Shown here: one piece after another, positions 27,995 through 35,437 of the stretch
How positions within the stretch are numbered: the first letter of the stretch is position 1
Layout of the letters: each line of letters opens with the position of its first letter
Virus record (IMG/VR): IMGVR_UViG_3300012231_000005
Span: 1 to 44,660 of that record
Strand: one strand, 5' to 3'
Length of the DNA: 44,660 nucleotides
Source of the DNA: a virus
Lineage: Duplodnaviria > Caudoviricetes
Notes under the pieces: model-generated
What the model was told of the DNA's origin: nothing
Seen by the model: only the letters and a program-made list of their open reading frames with translations
Database searches by the model: none
Translations under genes and position numbers: made by a program

Positions 27995-28185
27995 TCTGCT
28001 CTGTATGTCCCAAAGAAATTACTGGATTTAGAGATCAACTCTCTGAGAAAGAGTATACGATCTCAGGTATGTGTCAAGATTGTCAAGATGAAACCTTCTG
28101 CGATTTGCTCGCAGGAAAGAAGGTTTGTCATAAGCCTTGTCATGAGGAAGCTATCGAGACTTTTCTGGAGAAGGAAGAGAAGTGA
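27991..28185 (+). CDS. Small Zn-finger protein
   Basis: CSVC...EYTISGMCQDCQD motif. Confidence 0.7.
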   Translation: MICSVCPKEITGFRDQLSEKEYTISGMCQDCQDETFCDLLAGKKVCHKPCHEEAIETFLEKEEK

Positions 28186-28376
28186 TCTATCGAGTCGTCT
28201 TTTGTCCCTTAATGAAGAAGCATCGAGTCCTTCATTATGAAAGGGAAGACGATCTCATTGATCGTATCACTGGAACTTTCAAAGAGGGGGTTTTCAAGAG
28301 CATTCGACAGGCAAATGCAATTGCGCGTCGGATGAATGAAAGAGATAAAAATGCCCGCAAAGAATCACGTTCATAA
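28182..28376 (+). CDS. Hypothetical protein
   Basis: GTGA overlap. Confidence 0.55.
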   Translation: MIYRVVFCPLMKKHRVLHYEREDDLIDRITGTFKEGVFKSIRQANAIARRMNERDKNARKESRS

Positions 28377-28644
28377 GTACGAGTTCATCATCCTTGGAAA
28401 GGGAAACAACTTCCACGTTTTCCGATGCGCGTTTCCCGATTGCTCGCACTACATCCAAAGGAAGCTCGGCTTTGGTAAGTTAACCGTATGTTGGGGATGC
28501 GGTCGAGAATTTACTTTGACAAAGAAGCACCGTCAAAAGCGTCCAACATGTGGATGCCGAGCGAAAAAGAATATCCACGTGGAGACAGTTTCTCAGGTTG
28601 ACCAAGACGCGATACTCGCGGCGATCAATTCGATGAAAGGGTGA
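28351..28644 (+). CDS. Cys/His-rich Zn-binding protein
   Basis: HVHKY, CAFPDCSH, CWGC, CGC. Confidence 0.65.
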   Translation: MPAKNHVHKYEFIILGKGNNFHVFRCAFPDCSHYIQRKLGFGKLTVCWGCGREFTLTKKHRQKRPTCGCRAKKNIHVETVSQVDQDAILAAINSMKG

Positions 28645-28924
28645 AATGGATTTCTCATTTGCTGTAATAATCTGGAAGAGTTCGATTGAAATTCCAGAGT
28701 GTGTCTTCCTTCATAATGGAGATACTGCAAGATTGTATGCCCATAACATGCAAGATCAAGGATATCATGTCAGAGTCTACGATCTCACGGTGGATACCAA
28801 CGCGAATGATCGATAAGCTTTCAGAGATTCTCGAATACACAATCATCACGATCGTAACCGTGGCGATTCTCGTATTCTTCGTCATCGTGCTCGTCAAATA
28901 GCCAGTCAAATAACAGGAGATAGA

Positions 28925-29701
28925 ATGCCTTCGACAAAAGACATCAATCTGTCAGGTCGGAACATGTTCCTTTTCGTAGGGACAAACGGTTCCGGAAAGA
29001 CCGTGGCGGCTGCGTCGTTTCATAAGTTGCTACCGCAAGGCGCAAAGATGTATGTGATGGATTTCGATGGGAGAATGAATCCTGTCAAGTTCATGTATCC
29101 CGACGCGGATATCGAATACGATACGTTCGGTGCGGGAAACTTCCAGGCTTTCCGAGCAAAGATGGATGAGCTTCAAAAGAATCCAAAGTATTCCTGCATC
29201 CTTCTCGATTCCTGCACCTCCCTTTCAATCTCATGCATCAACTATCAATTGAAGGTGAAAGGTCTAGAAGGTGCGAAAGGGAAATTGGTAGCGGGATTAC
29301 CAGTGACAACGTGGGATGAGATCAATACCGAAACGATTCTCTTCTCGCAGATTCTTGATGCGCTAAAGGTATATCCCGGTACTGTAATCGTCACGGCTCA
29401 CCCCGTAGAAAGGACATCTATCAGCGATAAAGATAAAGGCAAGCGATTCAAATCTCTCGTCGCATACGGTCCGAAAGTCGAATCGATTATCCCGAATTAC
29501 TTCAATGAGATCTACACTTTCTATACGGAAGTCGATGTCGATCCTTCGAAGCCTTCCCAGAGATTTGTCGTCACGTCAGATGATGGCGTGAATCTCGGGA
29601 AGACTGCGCTCCCGCTACCTCTCAGATTCGAATGGAGGAACAAGGATTTCTTCCCACTTCTACACGGGTTCTTGAAAGAGAAAGGAGTCTCTATCGTATA
29701 A
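28925..29701 (+). CDS. AAA (AAA_24/Sak4-like) ATPase
   Basis: Walker A GTNGSGKT, LLDS Walker B, VTAH; between exonuclease and SSB. Confidence 0.8.
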   Translation: MPSTKDINLSGRNMFLFVGTNGSGKTVAAASFHKLLPQGAKMYVMDFDGRMNPVKFMYPDADIEYDTFGAGNFQAFRAKMDELQKNPKYSCILLDSCTSLSISCINYQLKVKGLEGAKGKLVAGLPVTTWDEINTETILFSQILDALKVYPGTVIVTAHPVERTSISDKDKGKRFKSLVAYGPKVESIIPNYFNEIYTFYTEVDVDPSKPSQRFVVTSDDGVNLGKTALPLPLRFEWRNKDFFPLLHGFLKEKGVSIV

Positions 29702-29755
29702 AAGAAAGAAATAAAGAACCAACCAAACACAAACAAACAAAGGAAAAAAGAGAGT

Positions 29756-30151
29756 ATGCCTACAATCAGCTGGTCGGAAGAGGATATCCTCCGCGGTACG
29801 CTCGTCACTCCCGGATGGTATTTGGTCGAGATCACAAACATGTTCGACAAATCGTCGAAGGCTGGCGATTCGATGAACACGATCGTGGATTTCAAGATCC
29901 ACAATAACGAGGGTGGAGACGCGAAGTTCTCCAACGTGCCGATCCGCATTTGGCTTTCCGAAAAGGCGCCGGGGCTTTGGAAGTCTTTCCTTGGCGCATT
30001 CGGATTGAAGATGGATCCGAAAGGTGGAAGTCTCGATTTGGAACCGGCGCGCTTCAAGGGAAAGAAGTGCTATGTCATGGTTACGAACGAGCCTTTCGAG
30101 TCCCGTATGACCAACAAGATTCAGGACTATCGTCCTGTTTCGGCTGAGTAA
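29756..30151 (+). CDS. Single-stranded DNA-binding protein (DUF669-like)
   Basis: PGWYLVEI, SKAGDSMN, NKIQDY motifs; follows Sak4-like ATPase. Confidence 0.75.
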   Translation: MPTISWSEEDILRGTLVTPGWYLVEITNMFDKSSKAGDSMNTIVDFKIHNNEGGDAKFSNVPIRIWLSEKAPGLWKSFLGAFGLKMDPKGGSLDLEPARFKGKKCYVMVTNEPFESRMTNKIQDYRPVSAE

Positions 30152-30182
30152 CCGGGAATCTAGATAAAGATAGGAGAGAAAA

Positions 30183-30404
30183 GTGACCGACGATATCAAG
30201 ATCCCCGACGAAGTGAACGAAAAGGAAGACGAAGATCTCTTCGACGATGAGGAAGATCTTGAAGATTCCGACGATGATGGAATCGACGAAGACGAAGAGG
30301 ATGAGGAAGAGGAAGAGGACGATGACGAAGAGATCGATTCCGATTCCGATTCCGATGAAGTCGAAGAAGACGACGACGATGACGAGCCGAAATCTGACGT
30401 GTAA
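30183..30404 (+). CDS. Extremely acidic small protein
   Basis: AGGAGAG RBS; mostly Asp/Glu. Confidence 0.65.
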   Translation: MTDDIKIPDEVNEKEDEDLFDDEEDLEDSDDDGIDEDEEDEEEEEDDDEEIDSDSDSDEVEEDDDDDEPKSDV

Positions 30405-30451
30405 ATAGGAGAGGATCAGTGATCGTTGGATAATAGTCGATCAAGCTCGAT

Positions 30452-30531
30452 GGGGTGCTTCCTTGGATATGAGCTAATGCGCCAGCAGTCAACTCATATC
30501 GAAAGGGTAACGGCAAAAAGCCCCTCTTTTT
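30452..30531 (+). other. Long imperfect hairpin ending in a U-tract (terminator or ncRNA)
   Basis: CCTT.GATATGAG/CTCATATC..AAGG stem, GGGG/CCCC base, TCTTTTT tail. Confidence 0.45.
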
Positions 30532-30586
30532 GGAGATCGAGATGAAACGATGTCTACTTCTTTCAGACATAGATAGGGCACTACCA

Positions 30587-30910
30587 ATGACAATTAGAGA
30601 TTTAGTTGAACAGTCCTACGAGCAGGCTAAGAAATCAGGATGGACTGAGCGAGAAGTCCCAATTCCTGAGATGATTGCGTTGATTCATTCAGAAGCTTCC
30701 GAGGCTCTTGAATGCTATCGAAAGGGCGAAGCGATTTCTTGGACTGATGAGACAGGAAAACCACAAGGAATCGCTAGCGAATTCGCAGACATTCTAATCC
30801 GCATCGGACATTATTCATTTCTACTCAGAATCGATCTTGAAGAAGAAGTAAAGAGAAAACTGGAATACAATGCGACCCGTCCCCACCGCCACGGTGGAAA
30901 GCTTGCCTGA
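30587..30910 (+). CDS. MazG-like nucleotide pyrophosphohydrolase
   Basis: LIHSEASEALE ... SEFADILIR ... YNATRPHRHGGK. Confidence 0.85.
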   Translation: MTIRDLVEQSYEQAKKSGWTEREVPIPEMIALIHSEASEALECYRKGEAISWTDETGKPQGIASEFADILIRIGHYSFLLRIDLEEEVKRKLEYNATRPHRHGGKLA

Positions 30911-30938
30911 ATCAGACGATGGAAGGGAATACTTTGAA

Positions 30939-31220
30939 ATGAGCAACATTCGAGATGAGATCTTTGATGTGAATCAATCAATTGAAGAGGCAAGAGGGAG
31001 AGAGAAGAAAGTGAACAAGTACATTGTCATTGCCGATCCGCACGATACGAATCTCGGAGCGTATGCAACTCAGAGAGTCGTCCACAATTCTCTCGACTCC
31101 GCGCTCGTCGCTGCAAAATCTATGTCGAAGAAGAATCGTGCCGCGTATTTCGTCGCGAAGTTAACCCATAAAGTTGAATTGGTGGATGTCGCTGTTACCA
31201 AGCTGGAAGATCGAGATTGA
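30939..31220 (+). CDS. Hypothetical protein
   Basis: Operon context; start at ATG 30939. Confidence 0.55.
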   Translation: MSNIRDEIFDVNQSIEEARGREKKVNKYIVIADPHDTNLGAYATQRVVHNSLDSALVAAKSMSKKNRAAYFVAKLTHKVELVDVAVTKLEDRD

Positions 31221-31238
31221 TCGTTAGATGAAAACAGT

Positions 31239-31312
31239 GGCCCCGTAGTCCAATTGGCAGAGACAGCGGACTTAAAATCTGCGAAGTGTGGGTTCGAATC
31301 CCACCGGGGCCA
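31239..31312 (+). tRNA. tRNA-Leu (anticodon UAA), short variable arm, no encoded CCA
   Basis: GGCCCCG/CGGGGCC acceptor, GCGGA-CTTAAAA-TCTGC anticodon arm, GTGGG-TTCGAAT-CCCAC T arm, A discriminator. Confidence 0.9.
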
Positions 31313-31380
31313 TTCTTCGAATGATACAAACCGCCAAATGAGGCGAGAATCAGATTGGAGATACATGACAAAGGGAAACA

Positions 31381-31689
31381 ATGGAAAGTCGAGAAAAGGC
31401 GCTACGATCTCTCGCATTCCGTGCGCATTGGGTCGAGTGTGCTAGGCACATTTTAGAATTTCACGAGGCCCAGCAAGAAAAGTTCGGTAAGGTATCGGTT
31501 GGTAGGCCGACTGCGAGTAGTGAGAAAAATGGATGGGGCATAAAAGAGACTGCAGAAGATCTCAACATCAGCATAGCAATGGTTTCCGATTATCTGAATC
31601 TTGGCCGTGCGCTTCGTGAAGATCCTTCGATAAAGATCAGAGAACTTAGAGATGCCTTGCATTCCATTCGGAAAAAGGTTGAGAGATGA
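31381..31689 (+). CDS. ParB/Spo0J-like HTH protein
   Basis: GWGIKETAEDLNISIAMVSDYLNLG HTH. Confidence 0.65.
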   Translation: MESREKALRSLAFRAHWVECARHILEFHEAQQEKFGKVSVGRPTASSEKNGWGIKETAEDLNISIAMVSDYLNLGRALREDPSIKIRELRDALHSIRKKVER

Positions 31690-34112
31690 CATCGAAGATG
31701 ATCCTTGGATCCGGTCCCATCTCATGCAAATTGATGGTGGTTGGAGAAGCGCCAGGGGAAATGGAGGAATTACGTGGCGAAGTCCTCGTTGGCCCGACGG
31801 GAGAAGATGTCGAAAAGATATTCAACGAACACAAACGATCGCTTCGTGAGGTCTGGAAAACCAACGTTTACAAGTATCGACCTCCCGACAATCAGGTTAA
31901 AAGATTTCATGAAACAGGGCACACGCTCGAAGAATGCGAGACGCTTCTTTGGGACGAAATCGACGCTATTAAACCTAATTGCATCCTTGCACTTGGGGGA
32001 GTTGCGCTTAGGACACTTACAGGACACGATTCAATACTTAACTGGCGAGGCTCTATCCTCACAACAAAAAGAGGATATCCGAAAGTTGTGGCGACGTTAC
32101 ATCCAGCGGCGCTCTACAAGCAAAAAGGCGATGGTGAAAAAGGTGCCTTCCCGTACTTCTGGAAAAGGGTAATCTCTCTCGATTTCAAACGGGCTTTGGC
32201 CCAGTCGGAGTTTTCCGATTACGTTGTGCCTCGGAGATCTTTAAGATATCTCCGTACTCCTACCGAATTGCTGATGTATCTCTCCCAAAACAAAGATCTA
32301 AAAAAGTGCAGTGTAGATTTGGAGGTTATTCATGGCATCCCGACTTGCGTGGGCCTCTCATTCAGGAGAGAGGAAGCTGTTTCAGTACCGCTTCAGAATT
32401 TTTGGGAGGATCATCGTAGAATCTCAGATGTATATATACAACAGTTCTGGGATATCCTCGCATTATTCTTTGCTCGTCAGGATATCGAGTGGATCGGTCA
32501 GAACATTAAATTTGACATGGACAAGATCCAGACGATTCTAGGCTTTAGGATGAAGGATTCGATCTACTGCGACACCTCCCTGATGGGCCATACCCTTCAT
32601 CCTGAATTTCCTAAATCTCTACAGTTTCTCACTTCAGTCTATACAGATGAACCTTATTACAAGGATGAGCTAAAAGAATATGACCCGAAGAAAGACAATC
32701 CCGAGCAGGTACTTATCTACAATGCACGAGACGCTGCAGTTACAAAGGAACTCTCTGAAATCCTTGAGGGAGAGCTTACAGAACGTGGACTCTGGGATTT
32801 CTACCGCTATATCCCAAACCGAGCACATGATTTTTATCTTAAGCTTGATAGAGTCGGATTCAGAACTGATGAAAAAAGGAGATCAGATCTTATCCGAATC
32901 TATACAGACTGGCAAGCCAAAAATCAAGCCAGAATAAAAGAGCTAGCCGGGCGGGATATCAATGTCTTCTCGATAAAGGATGTCCCGTGGCTCATGTTCG
33001 AATTTCTTAAATTGCCTGCAAGAGGAAGCTGCGATGAAGATACGCTCGTGGCTTTACGTGGCAATCATTGCAAGACGGAAACTGCTAAAGAGTTGGTCCA
33101 TCTGGTTCTCGAAACTAGAAAGGTACGAAAGACGAAATCGACCTATCTCAACGCTCCTCCTGATTTTGACGGTAGGATGCGTACCATATATAATATTGCC
33201 GGTACTGAGTCTGCTCGATCTTCTAATCAGAAACTTAAGGCGCCGGTTAGACCGATCAAAAAGCCGGGAGTAGGTTGGGCCTTTCAGACATTAACCAAAC
33301 ATGGAGAAATCGGACCTGAAGTCAGATCGATTTGTATCCCTGACGAGGGGTATGCCTTTTTGCAGGCTGATTGCTCTCAGGCTGAAGCTAGAATTGTAGC
33401 TTTACTGTCGCGAGATGAAAGGACTCTCAAACTTTTCGAGGAAGGAGACATCCACAACGTAACCTCGGGATGGTGTTTCAACAAAGATCCCAAAGACATT
33501 ATCGGAGCCGAGAGATTCATTGGAAAGACGGCCAGATACGCTGGCCTTTACGGTGCGAAAAAGCGCCGCCTAATGAACACGATCAATACCGACGCCTACA
33601 AGTTCAATGTCAGGGACAGTGTCGGAAAAATCGTTTCAATCTCAGAATTTCGCGCCGGTCAGATTCTCGATACCTTCCACAATCATACTCCGAATGTACA
33701 GGGAGTGTATCATCCCTCGATTCAGGGTATACTTCAGAATAACCGTCGCATTCTAACTAACGCTTACGGACGAGAGAGACAGTTTTTCGACAGGTGGGGG
33801 GATGATCTTTTCCGAGAAGCCTACGCATATATCCCATCCTCGTCAGTACACGATCATATCCTACTAGCTGCATTTAGGATTGCAGAGCAAGCCCCGTGGA
33901 TAATCTTCATCGTAGATGCGCACGATGCTTGGCTGACTCAAGTTCCAATTGAAAGGATAGATGAAGCATCTGCAATCATCAGGAAAGAGATGGAGATTCC
34001 ATTAGATTTCTCGAAATGCTCAATCCCATGTGGGAAGTTGACGATACCGTGCGATATCGAAGTCGGTTATGACTACAAGAATCTCAAGAAGCAGAAGAGG
34101 ATCGCAGCATGA
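31686..34112 (+). CDS. DNA polymerase family A with N-terminal uracil-DNA-glycosylase-like domain and 3'-5' exonuclease
   Basis: UDG GEAPG..E, TNV.K.RPP, HPAA; ExoI DLE, ExoII QNIKFD, ExoIII YNARD; motif A DCSQAEAR, motif B RFIGKTARYAGLYG, motif C AHDA. Confidence 0.92.
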   Translation: MTSKMILGSGPISCKLMVVGEAPGEMEELRGEVLVGPTGEDVEKIFNEHKRSLREVWKTNVYKYRPPDNQVKRFHETGHTLEECETLLWDEIDAIKPNCILALGGVALRTLTGHDSILNWRGSILTTKRGYPKVVATLHPAALYKQKGDGEKGAFPYFWKRVISLDFKRALAQSEFSDYVVPRRSLRYLRTPTELLMYLSQNKDLKKCSVDLEVIHGIPTCVGLSFRREEAVSVPLQNFWEDHRRISDVYIQQFWDILALFFARQDIEWIGQNIKFDMDKIQTILGFRMKDSIYCDTSLMGHTLHPEFPKSLQFLTSVYTDEPYYKDELKEYDPKKDNPEQVLIYNARDAAVTKELSEILEGELTERGLWDFYRYIPNRAHDFYLKLDRVGFRTDEKRRSDLIRIYTDWQAKNQARIKELAGRDINVFSIKDVPWLMFEFLKLPARGSCDEDTLVALRGNHCKTETAKELVHLVLETRKVRKTKSTYLNAPPDFDGRMRTIYNIAGTESARSSNQKLKAPVRPIKKPGVGWAFQTLTKHGEIGPEVRSICIPDEGYAFLQADCSQAEARIVALLSRDERTLKLFEEGDIHNVTSGWCFNKDPKDIIGAERFIGKTARYAGLYGAKKRRLMNTINTDAYKFNVRDSVGKIVSISEFRAGQILDTFHNHTPNVQGVYHPSIQGILQNNRRILTNAYGRERQFFDRWGDDLFREAYAYIPSSSVHDHILLAAFRIAEQAPWIIFIVDAHDAWLTQVPIERIDEASAIIRKEMEIPLDFSKCSIPCGKLTIPCDIEVGYDYKNLKKQKRIAA

Positions 34113-35293
34113 ATTGGCTAGCCGATCTTATGAAAGGGACTGATGAATCCGAAACTCCTAAGTCATTTATATTCTGGTCTGGACTCACAGTTATTTCTTC
34201 CGTCGTCAAGAACAAGGTCTATCTCGACAAATTCTATTATAAGTTATACCCAAATATCTACGTACTTTTGGTCGCAAAATCGGGATTACGTAAAACCTTT
34301 CCCGTTTCGCTTGCTAAAACACTCGTCCAGAAAGTTGGAAATACTCGTGTTATTGCAGGAAGAAACTCTATACAGGCTATTATCCAAGAACTCTCTCGAG
34401 CCTATCATGTTGATGGAAAGCCAATTGCGGATTCTGCGGGCTTCCTGGCTTCTGGGGAGTTTTCAAACCTTGTAATCGACGATCCTGCCGCACTCACGAT
34501 TCTGACAGATCTCTACGATGGACATTACAATGCCGATTGGGACAATACGTTAAAGAGCGGGAAAGAGAAACTAAAGGACATCAATATCACGATGCTCGGG
34601 GCTACGAATCCAAGTCATTTTAAAGATAAAATTAGCCAGAGAGATATCGAAGGTGGATTTATCGCTCGGACATTAGTCATATCTGAGAACAAGAAATCCC
34701 GAATCAATCCCTTGACGGAACCACCGTCAAAGATGATTGACTTTCCGGTTTTGGTTGATTATCTAAAAGGGCTAACGAAGCTAAGTGGGCCCTTCAAATA
34801 CAGTTCCGAGGCGAAGAAGTATTATGAAGAATGGTATGCGGAATTCAACGAGGAGACGGAGAGAGAAGATAAAACCGGTATTGCAAACCGACTACACGAT
34901 CATGTTCTTAAAATTGCAATGCTACTTAGTCTCTCTCGTGGATCAACACTTGAACTCATCGAAAGCGATGTCAAACAAGCGATCGAAGCGTGTCTAACTT
35001 TCTCGACCAATGTCACCAAAATGACATTAGGAACGGGAAAAAGTCAGTTGGCGCCTCAGACCGCTCTCGTCATAGAACTTTTGATGGCTGCAGAAAAGAT
35101 GACAATGCCGAGGCATACACTTTTAAGAAGAGTCTGGGGTGATGTGGATCACTTTGATTTGGATCGAGTCGTGCAGACACTTGAACAGTCGAAGATTCTT
35201 GAGATTCATCACAAGAACAATGAGATAGTCTACAATCTCAAGTCTGAATTCGTAGAGAAGTACCTAGAATTCAAGAGGAAGAAAGTTAAGTAA
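34109..35293 (+). CDS. DUF3987/YfjI-like P-loop protein (putative replicative helicase)
   Basis: YPNIYVLLVAKSGLRKT, LTDLYD, MLGATNP, GGFIAR; winged-helix-like C-terminus. Confidence 0.75.
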   Translation: MNWLADLMKGTDESETPKSFIFWSGLTVISSVVKNKVYLDKFYYKLYPNIYVLLVAKSGLRKTFPVSLAKTLVQKVGNTRVIAGRNSIQAIIQELSRAYHVDGKPIADSAGFLASGEFSNLVIDDPAALTILTDLYDGHYNADWDNTLKSGKEKLKDINITMLGATNPSHFKDKISQRDIEGGFIARTLVISENKKSRINPLTEPPSKMIDFPVLVDYLKGLTKLSGPFKYSSEAKKYYEEWYAEFNEETEREDKTGIANRLHDHVLKIAMLLSLSRGSTLELIESDVKQAIEACLTFSTNVTKMTLGTGKSQLAPQTALVIELLMAAEKMTMPRHTLLRRVWGDVDHFDLDRVVQTLEQSKILEIHHKNNEIVYNLKSEFVEKYLEFKRKKVK

Positions 35294-35437
35294 TCATTTC
35301 ATCTTGCCCATTCCACGGGACATCCCCGCTTCAGATAAAGAGATCGCAACTGCCTGCTTTTTCGGTCTTCCAGATCCCATCAATTCCTTGATATTCGATG
35401 CGACAGTCTTTCTAGACTTACCCTTCTTCAATGGCAT
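35294..35437 (-). CDS. Small basic phage protein (MPLKKGKS...QAVAI family), not in ORF track
   Basis: TAATG overlap with giant gene; MPLKKGKSRKTVASNIKELMGSGRPKKQAVAISLSEAGMSRGMGKMK. Confidence 0.75.
   Translation of the reverse strand: MPLKKGKSRKTVASNIKELMGSGRPKKQAVAISLSEAGMSRGMGKMK

Noticed and set aside
30149-30185. Read-through or frameshift fusing SSB to the acidic ORF
   Set aside because: Stop codons occur in both relevant frames, and the acidic ORF has its own RBS.
30460-30500. Twister or hammerhead ribozyme
   Set aside because: Only a TAATGC fragment resembles twister and the pseudoknot elements are missing; the CTGATGA hits elsewhere lie in coding sequence without the required stems.
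30587-34112. Z-genome (2-aminoadenine) or hmU system
   Set aside because: No PurZ, DatZ, dCMP deaminase or hydroxymethylase motifs were seen; MazG plus PolA alone is insufficient.
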